From assembly GCA_010356995.1 (NCBI GenBank), contig ML996699.1, positions 1-64,000 on the forward strand: DNA of 64,000 bases. The letters run 5' to 3'. The notes beneath the pieces were generated by a model, which was not told where the DNA came from, did no database searches, and saw nothing but the letters and a program-made list of their open reading frames with translations. A program made the position numbers and the translations under genes. Shown one piece after another: positions 1-11,949 of the stretch; the stretch's first letter is position 1, and each line of letters starts with the position of its first letter. The DNA is from Trichodelitschia bisporula (taxonomy: Eukaryota).

Positions 1-86
1 AAGTGCACCGGAAACGTGTCGTGGGAGACCCCTGCCGGTCCTTGGCCCCCGCAGCTGACCCCGCAGCTGACCCCGCTCTGCCTCAG

Positions 87-633
87 GCAGACAGCAGCGC
101 GATCTGCGCGGTGATGGGTGGGAGCCGGGGCCTCGGCCCAAATACTCGGGCCACGCACCATTGGACGAGACAAGCTTCTCACGCTTCTCACGCTTCTCAC
201 CTGCGCCGGCAACTCCGGCACCTTCATCGTCGGTATGTCTCCACCCCGCCGTCTCGTCTGATGCTTATCTCGACGTCAGTCCTGGACAACGTCGACAACA
301 CAAGCTCCAACATATCCTGAGAGCTCATGCTTGCCCACGACGACCATCGTCACCCAGTTGTGCTCTCCGCTCTCGTGTCCATCGACGACATGTCTCCCGC
401 GCACCTCGTTCGTGGCTCAGCTGCACACAGGGGCCATCAAAGAGCCCGTTTGCGGTGGTGGGACGACATATGAGAACATCACGAGCGTCCACCAGACCAT
501 CTTCACCGGATGTGTGCTGCCGCCCAACGTCACGACAGCCGCCACCGCCGCAGGCAAGACGCGTTTTCGATGCGCACCTACAGCGGCTCGGCGAGCACCG
601 GCGGATCGCCCTCGTCGCCCGGGCCCTGGATGA
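87..633 (+). CDS. Possible 3' part of a Ser/Thr-rich, Cys-containing protein; 5' end probably outside the window
   Basis: Removing a GTATGT..CAG intron near 233-279 joins ...PAPATPAPSSS to SWTTSTTQAPTYPESSCLPTTTIVTQLCSPLSCPSTTC..., ending at TGA 631-633. No recognisable domain. Confidence 0.3.
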
Positions 634-1467
634 AGTACGCGGGGTCGTCGCGCTCCTCGGCGTCAAACGTCTCGAGCAGGATGCGGGTGAGTGCATGGAG
701 GGCGGCGTCGGCCTTTTTGCGCTGGTCGATGCTCAGCTCCAGGCGCGCATCGCGGTGAAGAACATTCCCGATGGCAGGGGCGGAGGCTAGGAACGCTGGG
801 GGAGGTTAATGGGTGTTAGGGGGCGGTAGCGGTCTTCGACGACCTCCGCACCGCCTCCCGTCCTGCGCTGTCATTCAAATGTTGAAAGGTGATGCGTGAT
901 CAATGGAAACATCACTGCATCACAAGTCGGACCGAAGGTCTGTCCCTGAGCAAGTTACTTGATTGTCAAAGAGGTGGGGACCCCGAGTTTACTTATACTC
1001 GAGCCCTGTGGCTGAAACTGGGTGAGGTTGAACACAGCTACCGCATTCCAACATCAAATTCCACGCCGCGCCCGCCTCCCAACCCCTCTGTGCCTATGGA
1101 TCCATATTGTTGGGAGATGTTTTGAGCGGTGGCGCACTCCGTTCCTCTATCGGAGTCAATGGGTCGCCGCCTCGACAATGCGAGTGCGTCCCTTCGCTTG
1201 CGTAGGGAGTGATGGATGAACCGCGCTCCAGCAGCCGCTCCTCCCTTCCTCCATCCTGTGACACCTCGCCGCTCGGGGATTATAGGCATTGCAATCAGCC
1301 CCCACATCAAAGCTAGCCAGAGCCCACAAAGATCCGACGCACGACGCGAACCTACCTTGAAAAAGCTGCACGAAGGAGACATTTGCAGAGTGCGACAGGA
1401 TCTGATATCCCGCCCCCTCAGGTTTTTCATTGTCTCCGCTAATGTTCTGGCCAAAGACCGCGATGCC

Positions 1468-2205
1468 ATGTCGACCGGGATATACAAATGCTCGCAATGC
1501 CCCAAGACGCACACGCGTCCGTGGAACGCCCGCGACCACGAAGCGACTCATCGAGGAAAGTTCGCCCACCCTTGCACGCACGAAGAATGCAACAAGAAAT
1601 AGGGCCGGCGGGATCACCTTGCCCGGCATGTAAACACGGTGCATAAGCGGGTACGCCCTCGGAACACCCGCAGAGAAAAGGCGCGGCGGTCGGCAGCAAC
1701 GGCAAGGGCTCGGGCGGTGACAGCAGCGGCAACGACCACGACATGAGCAACAACTCGAGCGGCCAAAACTCAGGCAGCTCAGACGCGGAGCACAAAGCGC
1801 CGGACTCCACGGGCGGAGAAGCATACACTTAGGGTGGTGCTTTGCGTCCCGGACGAGGCTCTGGGCCATCTTGTTGACATCTATGTTCGTCCCGAGACGG
1901 ACGAGGTGGTTAACGCTTCCGCCCCCGAGGTGCCGTACATTTGCCAGTTTCCCGGCTGCGGGAGTGGTTATTCATGGTCGAAAAGCTTGACCAGACATCA
2001 GCGCACTCACACCAGGGAGAGGCCGTACCCGTGCAGCGTTGCCAACTGCGGCATGTCCTTTTCACGGCCGGACATCTTGGACCACCAGCGCACCGATACC
2101 GGGGAAGAGCCGTTTGCCTGTGAATGTGTCCAGAAATTTTCCCAACGTGGGAACCTCGCCATTCACAAGCGCAGATGTCCCCAACGCAGTGACGCTAACT
2201 CGTGA
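1468..2205 (+). pseudogene. Multi-finger C2H2 zinc-finger gene, disrupted
   Basis: CSQC..HEATH finger, then CTHEECNKK*GRRDHLARHVNTVH with an in-frame TAG at 1600-1602 and a further stop near 1744. Three more fingers follow (CQFPGC..HQRTH-TRERPY, CSVANC..HQRTD-TGEEPF, CEC..H), partly degenerate. Confidence 0.7.
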
Positions 2206-2850
2206 TGAAAATTAAATACGTCATAGGCGGTGGACAGGGCAATCCGGCTCCTGTTCGAGTTACGCGTTTCTTTGGTGGAGTGACTCGGGTGGGGGGTCGT
2301 CTTGATAGCGCAGGAGGGTGTGATCAATGGAAGCTGATACCTTCCTCCGTCTTGCTGCCAAATCCAGCGCCAGATTTCATTCAATTGGAATGTAAATTAC
2401 TGGCGCGTTAAAAGATTTTGGATGGGTAGTAACGCGTGCTCGTCCTGCCTCCGCATTGAACCACCACGCCTCCCTCAAATCGCCCCGTCTTCGGCCTGTC
2501 GCCGGTTCCCCTCCAGAACTGGCCCGGTTGGACCTGCAAGCGAAGTATCATGGGGCGCCTGTTAGGGCCCTTGTACTGTCTCTGCGGCGTCACCTCTGCC
2601 TGAACATGACTCAGGCAACCCCGCACTCCGATTATCGCGCGGGCTGACTAGCGGGGTCGCTTGCACCACCACTGTGGCTGTGGCTATGTGGCTAGTACGG
2701 GCTAGCGCCTCGCTTAACCCCACACCCCTACATCGTGGTTGTGTTTGGCTTTGCCATCCTCTTCCTCTCTTTCCTCTGCATCTGATATTTACAATCATCC
2801 ATCTGCATCCAGAGCTTTGTGCACACTTGCAGTGACCGTGACAGGTTTTG

Positions 2851-3000
2851 CTCAGCGAGCTCCTGGAATTATGCGCATTGCTCCTCGAGCTGCCGTAGTG
2901 ATGCGCATCCCTTCTCAAGCTTTCGGTGTAATGCACATCCGTCTTCAAGCTCCCTGAGCCATGCGCATTGGTCATTGAGCTCCGGCATTGCGCAGCGAGT
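2851..3000 (-). repeat. Degenerate 30-bp tandem repeat (about 5 units) inside a decayed minus-strand ORF
   Basis: Units such as ctcagcgagctcctggaattatgcgcattg and ctcctcgagctgccgtagtgatgcgcatcc. Minus strand reads QCAWLRELED-GCALHRKLEK-GCASLRQLEE-QCA*FQELAE. Confidence 0.65.
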
Positions 3001-3656
3001 CCCAGAGCAGTGCGCATCGGTCAGCGAGCTCTCCTACTAATCGCTGTGATTACATTTGGGCGGACGACCTTGGCTGTGGCTGCGCATGGTTCAAGTTCTG
3101 GTAACTGCGGATGGTAGTGTGCTCGTGTTCTCTGGAATACTTGACGATATCCTTATCGTTGTCCGGCTCGAACCGGGGGCATTTTCTTCAATATTGATAT
3201 CCCAGCTCTCGTGGGCTAGGCTGAAGCATGGCCTTGGTCCATATCGTAACCCTTCTTACGCCCCTCACCAGCTAGCACGCTCTAGACATCACAGCCGATT
3301 CACAGAGCGTGCCTACATGGATCGACGGGCACTTGATACTTCAGATGTCTTACGACTTCCTTTATCGACACCGCGCCTTTATCAGCAGCTCGCTAAGCAA
3401 ACTCAACCTTCATATATATAGCCTAGCATCCCATGAAAGCTCCCAGACAAACCATAAATCCAAGGGCCACTGCCTCCACTCTGTCAAAAAGCACAGACTC
3501 TCCGTGCTTCCTCCTCCGTGAGAATTCCCACCACAAATATCAGTATCTCCATACCGCGACACTCCCACAATCCCCATTCACTTCCATGATCCCTACAATC
3601 CCCATTTACTCCCTCACAATCCCCTGAATACCATCGTCCACCGCACGAACCCAGAA

Positions 3657-3885
3657 ATGTACTACAACAAGCGAAAGCGCGAGGCCGCCCCCTCCCCCGA
3701 CGAAGGCCTCTCCGCCGCCCCAAAGAAGCCGTCCAGCCTCGCCGCCAACGAGCAAGAGTCCTCCGCCGCGCCTGAAACGCACATGCGTCTCCGCAGCGGC
3801 ACTCGTATCAGCAGTACCGATAACAGAAGCGCCCCAACCGGCAGTAGTCGCACTAGCAGCAGCAAGCTAACTGGAAAAAACGCAG
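3657..3885 (+). CDS. Putative alternative upstream coding exon of DCN1 (basic, NLS-like N-terminal extension)
   Basis: ATG-started MYYNKRKRE...APKK.... Phase-1 GTACGT donor at 3886. A CTAAC branch site and CAG acceptor at 4251-4253 give an in-frame join (A-PAPAPAK) to the DCN1 ATG at 4277. Confidence 0.55.
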
Positions 3886-4276
3886 GTACGTTGTCCTCGG
3901 TCCGCTGGCCAGGCAAACCTGACGTAGCCGTCCTCCTAAAAGTCCTTGCTTTCGAAACTCAGCAAAATTCGTAGCAAACGACCGCGCCAACTTTCGTGTG
4001 GGCTGTGCGGCGGGTCCCGATGTTCTCGTTTCGAGCTCGTCGTCGGGCGCCCCCGCATCGCGGCCGGAAAAACGTGTCCCCACGCTGACAACCCCTGCCG
4101 CGACCGCGGGGTCGCGACTGGATTCGAGCGGGCACGTAACCGCGGACAACACGCCCTGCCCGGTTTTCCCTCTTCCGCATCTTCCACGCCTTGAGAGTAG
4201 CTTAGGTCTCTGACTTTCCTTCTGGATTTACTTTCTAACTTCCCTCGCTCCAGCTCCAGCTCCAGCTCCAGCAAAG

Positions 4277-5197
4277 ATGCCACCCGCGTACACCTCCGCG
4301 CAAAAAGCGGCCATCAGCCAATTCGCCTCCGTCACCCACGCGGACCGGGCCACCGCCGCACGAGTATGTCCTCCCCTTCTCCCTACGGCATAGCTGACAC
4401 ATTTAGCTCCTCAAATCCAACGGTTGGAACGTCCCCACAGCAGTTCATGCGTATGCACCCCCCCTTCCTTCCTCACCTCCCTCTCTAACACTATTCTCAG
4501 TTTCTACGGCACCGCTCCCCCTCCCTCCCCCTCCACCACCGCCCTCAACAAGCTCTTCGACTCCCTCCGGTCCGCCGACTCCACCTCCACGCCCGACAAA
4601 ATCGGCCCCGAAGGCACGATGGCGTATTTCGGCAACCTCGGCGTCGCGCTCGATGATGTGGGGTGCTTTGTCGTGAGCCAGATCGTGGCCTCCCCTGGCA
4701 TGGGCGAAATGACCCGCGCCGGGTTTGTGAATGGCTGGGCGGAGGCCGGGGCCGAGACGGCGCAACAGCAGGCGGCGCTGGTGCGGGCGCGCAAGGCGGG
4801 GCTGGGAAAGAAGGAGAATCGGGGTGTGCTTAGGGGGGTTTATAGGCATACGTTTCGCTTGGCGTTGACGGCGCCTGGGCAGAGGAATATTGATGTGGAC
4901 ACGGCGGTTGCGATGTGGGGATTGCTGTTTACGGCGCCAAGTCTGGAGTGGAAGGGAAGTGTTGATTGGCTTGGGTTGTGGACAGAGTTTGTGAGAGCGA
5001 GGGGCAAGGCGATCAATGCGGATGTATGGAATCAGACGCTTGTTTTTGCGGAGGAGACGTTGAAAGATGAGGGGCTTGGGTGGTGGACTGAGGAGGCGGC
5101 GTGGCCGGCGTTGGTGGATGAATTTGTCAAGTGGTGTCGCGAGGAGAGGGGGGTAGGAGTGCAGAAGAAGGCGGAGGAGGATGAGATGTCTTATTAG
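4277..5197 (+). CDS. DCN1: DCN1-like cullin neddylation protein (UBA-like + PONY/cullin-binding domain)
   Basis: Exons 4277-4363, 4407-4450 and 4501-5197 give MPPAYTSAQKAAISQF..LLKSNGWNV..; C-terminal INADVWNQTLVF..WWTEEAAWPALVDEFV motif. Confidence 0.93.
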
Positions 5198-5280
5198 GGG
5201 GGATACCCGTTGAATTCTGGAGGAGATGGGTTGGACGTTGGGCGTTGGGCACTCTTTGAAGTCGGGGTTCGGTCAGGCGT

Positions 5281-5385
5281 CGTCTGTCTTTTCATGGTCA
5301 TGTCGGTCATGAGCGCGGCGTAGCTGAGTTTTTCATCCATAGACTGCGCTATTGTCATCTGCCCTTTCGGCGTCCTTTGCTGCTT
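5281..5385. repeat. Diverged direct repeat, copy A (partner near 7481-7585)
   Basis: Identical 17-mer tggtcatgtcggtcatg at 5295-5311 and 7495-7511, followed in both copies by collinear tagctga, atcc..aga, cat(c/t)tgcccttt and tgctgct. Confidence 0.7.
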
Positions 5386-5618
5386 CTCCTCTATTAACGA
5401 TTGGCTTTTGGAACGGTAAAACAGATCTCCGAGTAAGTTCCTCTGCTTTCATCATACTTTCACTCTTCACTCGTTGCGTTTAGACGTACCTAAGCCCTGT
5501 TCCCATTCAGGGCATTCAAGTCCGGTCCTCTATTTTCATTTGCCCTAACTTACTAGTTCACGTCCCAGTGCTTTTTAGTACATCGAAACCCGCAGTCGCC
5601 GACAAAACAATGACCTGC

Positions 5619-6926
5619 CTACTTATTTCTCATTCTTTGGGACCAAGTGCGTCCATTGGAGAAACTTCTTGTGGAACTCCGCCCCAGCAACCAGTTTTTG
5701 ATGTCGCGAATGTGCTGCTTGAAGTCCCAGTCGAGATTGAGCGGCCGTTCGCGCCCCTTCCACTTCTCCTCCTCCAAATCCGTGTCGTCCTTGCCCCAAA
5801 GCATCTCCTCATCAGAGTCATGGTCCAGCGGATGGCCGAACACTGTATTATAGTCGCCGTTACAGTTGACAGACAAGTTAAGGGGGAAGGGCTGATACTC
5901 CCGAAAAAGGTCGACCCGTATGCGAAGGCCTCGTCGGGGCTTTGTACCAGTGCCTCGCGCAGCTCCGGCCTGATGGTTACGTTAGCTGGCGAACGACCTG
6001 GGAACTGAGGGCCAAGGGCCAACTCACCATGGTATGTAGTCTACCCAGAGAGGGTGCTCCACAAATAACGGTACCGGCCGCGGACGAAGCCACTGAGGCA
6101 TGTCATTGTACCTCGCCTTCGACGGGGTGATCAGCCACTTCGTATACAGGAACCCGATACACATGATAGCGCAAGCTCGCCCAGGGTCCTCAGGATAAAA
6201 ATGATCATCCAGCCAGCCGGTGAACAGCATCGATAGCGGGTGCGAGGGATAGACAGTCTCGCTACCGTGAGGCAGTCTATTTCAGTTCGGCTTGCAAAGG
6301 CGCCTATGGTCCTTCAGCGACTTAGGCTGTGCCAACTCACGGCGTTGCTCCGCTACGAATTCGAGGATGTGGGCGTCCATACCGTAATCGGTCACCTCGC
6401 AGTTGTTGAGCGGCAGTGCCATCACGAACTTCGGGCCAGGAAATGCGCTCGGGGGGCCTTCGGCAGCGCGCTCGCTGTCCTCAAGGATGAAGTCAATGCC
6501 CAGGCGCGGGTCATTAGTATAAAACAACGGGTGGAGCGGCGGCGGCGGAAGGGGGGGCATCTGCCCCAAGATCATGGCTGCACCGTCAACTACTTCCTAG
6601 GATACACATTTACCGCTACTACATCCGTAGTTCATGGGGAACAAGGCTGGCACACAACTTACCCCGCCTCGTCTCCTGCGAGAAAATCCCTGTACGCGAT
6701 CCCAGAGCGCTTGCGACATGCGATTTCTCTTGACCTCTAGCTCCCGCAGCTCGGCCGCCGGGCCCTTCTCGACCTCGACTGGCGGATTTTGCGATTCCGG
6801 GATCGGGTACACGCGCCAGTCGGCTGCCGGGGGTGGTAAGGAAGGCACCTTGCGTCTGGTTGTTCGGCGTGGCACTGCGGACGATTGGTGGCCCACCGTC
6901 TGGCGACCGCTGCGCAATACTGGCAT
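5619..6926 (-). pseudogene. DUF3425-domain (fungal bZIP-associated) gene, disrupted
   Basis: HPLSMLFT..KWLITPSKARYNDMPQWLRPRP..HPLWVDYIPW|PELREALV..LSVN..FKQHIRDIKNWLLG motifs. In-frame TGA at 6282-6284 and a frameshift near 5895. GT-AG intron after IPW. Confidence 0.72.
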
Positions 6927-7480
6927 AGCTGGGGCGGTTGATGGGTGTGGGCGCTACTGCGCGAGCGAGTGCGCGTGGGTGAGAAGTGGGATTTGCCGGC
7001 TGTATTGGTTTGTGAACTGGGCGATTGGTGGCAAGGTACAAAGAAAGGGAAAGGTTGGTGAAGAAGATGAAGTGACTTGACTGCTCAATATATCCAGTGA
7101 GATACTAGGCAAGAGAAAAAAGTGAGAGGCCGTAAAACGCGCTACACACGCGATGTAAAAAGTAAGTAGTCTAAACAATCCGCTTGCGCGCTGAAGATCG
7201 ACAGGCCCGTGATACAGTGACATCAAGGCCTGGACGCGCGATACGCATGTAGAAAGAGTCAAAGCTGGGTCTGCGGTACAACTTAACATGTTTAGGACTA
7301 CGCAATGTTGCAAGCTGGATATGCTTTGCTCAAACCCAAGGTACGGACCGCGTGCTTTCTTTCACGCGTGGTCGTGTGGGGAAGCGGGCCACGCCTTACG
7401 CCACATTGTGTGGCGTTGCGATGACTACGCCTTGCCCAACATGGGATGTTGACGAAATTTGGGCTCGTTGGCGACGGTCG

Positions 7481-7585
7481 TGGTCGGCTTATTGTGGTCA
7501 TGTCGGTCATGGGACTAGCTGACTTCTGATCCGCAGATTGTGATATTCGTTCTCCATTTGCCCTTTTTGCCATGCTATGCTGCTG
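7481..7585. repeat. Diverged direct repeat, copy B
   Basis: Same orientation as copy A, with the core offset by exactly 2200 bp. Confidence 0.7.
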
Positions 7586-7714
7586 CGACGCTGGCAACAC
7601 GCTTCGGATTACTATGTGGGGCGAGGCATGAACACGGTGTGAAAATAAGGCGCCGTCTATGATATCTATGACGATAGAGCGTAGCCTGTTCTCCAGCTAG
7701 CTCCTACCACCCAT

Positions 7715-10700
7715 CTACCTCTTCAGCGTCTTCTGCTTCTCCGCACTCTCCACCAGTTTCCTCCCCACAAAAAGTCCCTTCCGCTCCCTAACCCGATCCA
7801 TATACTTCTTCGCCACATTCTCCCTGTCCGCCAGTTCCCCCAGATCCTCCATCTCCTCCTCCGTCGTCGGCACCCAAAAAGGGTCTTCGTCCAGCATTTC
7901 GTAGCCTTGGAACACGAGCTGCGGCGACGCGTTCCCGCTCGTGCGCGTGCGCATCTCGGCTGCGAAGCCGAAAGACTCGGCTACTGGTAAAAGGGCGAGG
8001 ATGCTGAAGAAGGGGGTGCCTTCGTTGAGTTGTTCGCTGAGGATGTGGCCGCGGCGCCGGGTTATGACGCCGTAGACGCGCCCGAGGACTTCAGCTGCGA
8101 GCTGTTAGCAGGGCCGAGGGGGAGGGTGGGGGGGACAACGTACCCGCGGCCTGAATCTCACAGCTATACATAGCGAGCATCATCCTAGGACTCCAATCCA
8201 AGAATCCAACTCTCACGCCCTCGCGTACCGCGCGGAGCACCTCGCCCGTCAAACGACCGAGCTTATCCCTCCCGGCATCATCGGGCGGGAGGCGTACATC
8301 CACGCTCTCGATGAACACGGCAACACCTTGGAGCGGCTCGTGGCAGAGCGGACCTTGCTGCGTGCTCAGCTGGAAGGCGTGGGCGATTTTGTCGCGCAGG
8401 TCGCGCGGCGTCAACGTAGCTGATGGGGCTGGCGGTTCCGGGTGTGTATCTGTTAATCTGGGATGGAATCAGCAATTCAGATTCCACAGTAGAAAGAGGA
8501 ATCACGCACATGGGCTCGAAGAGTCCTTCACCTGTGGCGCCGATGAGCACATTCGGCCCCACCCTCCGTGGCCCAAACGCAACAATTCGCTCCACGACAC
8601 CAGTCCACACATCCTTCTCCTTCGCCGAAGCAAACGCGGAGGCGAGCTGCGTCTTGAAGTCATCAAGGGACAGCGCCGCCGTTTCCAGCAGCTCCACCTC
8701 GCCGACCCGATCCGCCTCGTCCTCACCCTCAGCCTCACCTGTGCGCTCCGCACGCCCACGCTCCTCCCTCGCACGCCGCTCGGTGTGTAGGCGCTTCACG
8801 ACGCCAGCATTGCGCACTAGGAATTCCGTCACGGGCGCCGGAAGGGGCCGTACACGCAACCGGATAGCAACCTGCTTAGAACTCGTTTCAGCAACCACAG
8901 TACCCCGGGGTAAATCCTTCTCCCTCGGCGGATTCATCTCGCTTGCCGCAACAATACTCTCACGATACGGCACAATCGGTTCACCAGCCGCAATCTCACA
9001 CCTTGCAAACCGCTCTCTCAAATCCTTAAGACAACGCTCGAGATGCAATTCCCCCGCCGTAGCCAGGACATGTTCCCCGCTCTCGAGCACCTCGTACACC
9101 GCGCATGGATCTGCCTGCTCGAGTAGCTTTAGGCCTTGGATCATTTTATCCAGATCAGCGGGATGCTCCGGCTCGAGCGCGACGCGCACTATGGGCGCAG
9201 TGGCGACGGACACGCCCGCGAGATTGACACCCCCCTCGATTGCGCTGCACAGCGTGCCTGCTTTCAAGACGTGTCCTGCCAGTCCACCTATGCCGAATAC
9301 CACGCCCGCGGGCACAGACTTCAGTGCCTCGAGACTGCGTCCCATGAGGAGATACAGGGCCGTGACGGTGACACGCGTGGGCGCGGGTTTGGCGTGGGGA
9401 TGCGCGGGGGAGAATTTGGGGGGTAGGACGAAGATCTCGTCCCCAACATTGAGAGTCCCAGAGAAGAGCCGTGCAAAGCCGATGAGGTAGTCTGGCTCCT
9501 CCTCCTTCTCAGGCTCGGGCTCGGGCTCGGGCTTCTCGCTGTCGTCCAGGCCCATAGTGCTGAGCGCATCGGCTATGCCCCCCGCTTCGGCGGCCTGTGC
9601 GCGCGCAAACTCGGCGCGTTTCCGGCGGGCTAGTTCGCGTGCCTCTTCGGCTGAGAGCGTGGTGCCGCGGCGCTTGTTCTCCGGCAGTTCGCTCGCGGGG
9701 ACAGCGACCATTTTGCTGACGTAGGCGACGACCGGCGCGGACGGATCAGTGCTAAACCCCGCCATTGCGTCGCAGATGCGCGGGTCCACGTGTTCCGCCC
9801 CGGGTGACGAGGCTACGATCTCCGGTATGCGGGCAGCCTGGGCGGCGCGGGGCGAGGGCAGCTGCTCTATGACGCTGATGAGCGTGGCTGTGGACAGCGG
9901 GAGCCAGGCGGCGAAGAGGGCAGTCAGTAGGGCGCGGGGGTCGCGGGAGCGCAGGATGTGTGCGGGGACGGAGAGGTTGAGGGACTTTGTGATCTTCTCC
10001 ACCATGGCGGGGTCTCTGGACAATGTGAGTTACTGTAGCTAGCACTATGGTATTATACACGCACCCCTTGCCGTGGTCTCCGCCTGCTGTCGCCTCGTAC
10101 ACGGCCCATACGTTTGCCAGCACCAGTTGCACGAACATGGGCTTCAGTGCGCGGCCCTTGAGGTGCTTTGCGCCGAGCACGCGCTTGGTCTTTGGGTCGA
10201 GGTAGAAGTCGCCCCAGAGCACCTTTTCGAGCACTGTGCGCTTGATGCCGAGCTTCTTCTCGTAGAGCGTCGCGAACTGCTTCACGGTAAAGGCCCAACC
10301 GTCGACGGCGCTGCTGAAAATGACATTGTTCTTTTCGGGCGCAAAGTAAATGTCCTCGTCGTCGCGCTCCTGGAACTCGTCGGTGTCGATGCTGTCGTCA
10401 TTGCCCGTCGTATCCCGCTCCTGTTGCCGCGTCGATGCCGCCGCGACGCGCTCCTCGAGCTTTTCGCGCCACTTAAGGTCCTCCTCCATGCGCTCGCCTT
10501 GAAAGAAGCTGCCCATGACAGCGTTGACCTGCTCAAGCAGCTTGCTGAGGTGGGTGTATGCCTCGGCGGGGGTGAGTTTCAGTTCGGTGACGAGGCGGTC
10601 CATCTTGTTGATGACGAGCAGCGGCTTGAGCTTCTCGATCCACACCTGGCGGAGGACCGTGACGGTCTGGCTGCAGACGCCCTCCACCGCGTCGACGAGC

Positions 10701-11074
10701 ACGACTGCGCCATCGCAGAGACGCGACGCGGTAGACACCTCGCTGCTGAAGTCTATGTGTCCAGGGGAGTCGATGAGGTTGATGAGGTATTCCTCAGTTT
10801 GCGGCGGAGCGTCGGGGGACGGGCGCCGGCCGATGGAGAAGAAGAGGGAGATCGCGGACGACTCCATTGTGATACCGCGCAGCTGCTCGTCCGGTCGCGA
10901 GTCCAGGTAGCGGATCTTGCCGGCGAGCTTGGGGCTGATAATACCATTGGTGGCGATGAGCGCGTCGGTGAGCGACGTCTTGCCGTGGTCTACGTGCGCG
11001 AGGATACAGATGTTGCGCACATTGTCGGCGGACTTTTGGAGCGCGATGAGCTTTTCGGGATTGACGACGGGCAT
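7715..11074 (-). CDS. EFL1: Elongation factor-like GTPase 1 (60S maturation factor), 4 exons
   Basis: [29 protein letters not shown] and NKMD G-motifs; [10 protein letters not shown]-terminal [29 protein letters not shown]. Introns near 10.02-10.06 kb, 8.46-8.51 kb and 8.09-8.14 kb. Confidence 0.97.
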
Positions 11075-11949
11075 TGTGACGTGCGTGTGGGTGTGACCGG
11101 AGGTGTGAATGTGGTGGTGTTTATGGCGGGGTAAATGTCGATGATCTGCGAAGATCGGAGAGTCAACGTCCCGTTATCAATGTCGATCGGTATATTATCG
11201 AAGTCTCGGTGTCGAGGTCTCGTCGATGAGGTCTAAGATACGAGATCTATAAGGCGAGGTCTATAAGTACCGTAAAAGGAGTGACTGAAGAAAGCCAGAG
11301 GCTGTGAAGCACGATTAGCAAGGCTCGAGCCGGTAGTCTACCGCAGCATGGCTGTGTAGTTGCTGCAGAGATGACTCGAACGATTTACCAGTGATGCTTA
11401 CAAGGATGGCGCAGTCTGCGCAAAGGACACAGCAGACGGACAGACACAGACTCCAAGCGAAGACAAAGGAGATGAAGCTACGAGAACAGTCGTCAAGGAG
11501 CGGAGATGTCTGGCCAAATAGAATGACTGCAAATGGTGTGTAATCGTGAACATCCCACCAACCCCGCGCGCCAATATTTTTGCCCGCCATCAACAAAAGC
11601 ACCGCCACGACCGCCTCCCCGCCTTCCCACCAACCCCCACAAGCCACAGCGCAACTGACGAGTCAAGAGGTGCACGAGAGCCAAACTCCCAGGCGCCCGT
11701 TGCAGTCTGCAACACTGCATCCTTCACCATCTTAACGGCCAGCAAACCGTTAGGCAGCCTGCACACTCCACACGTCGCGACTGCACCGACGGTTGTTTCC
11801 AGTGCTTCTCCTCCTCTCATCTCCTCACCCCTGGTCATCGTCGAACGAGCCAACATTTCGCTGCACCTCCGTGTTCACTCTACACACCACTGAGGCGCGA
11901 TCATGGGCGTGAAAAGACGCAGTCCGTCCTGATACTGTCTGCATTCACC

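Noticed and set aside
11135..11275. Repeated GAGGTCT / TCGAT motifs in the EFL1 promoter
   Set aside because: Short and irregular. I cannot assign them to a known element or show significance by eye.
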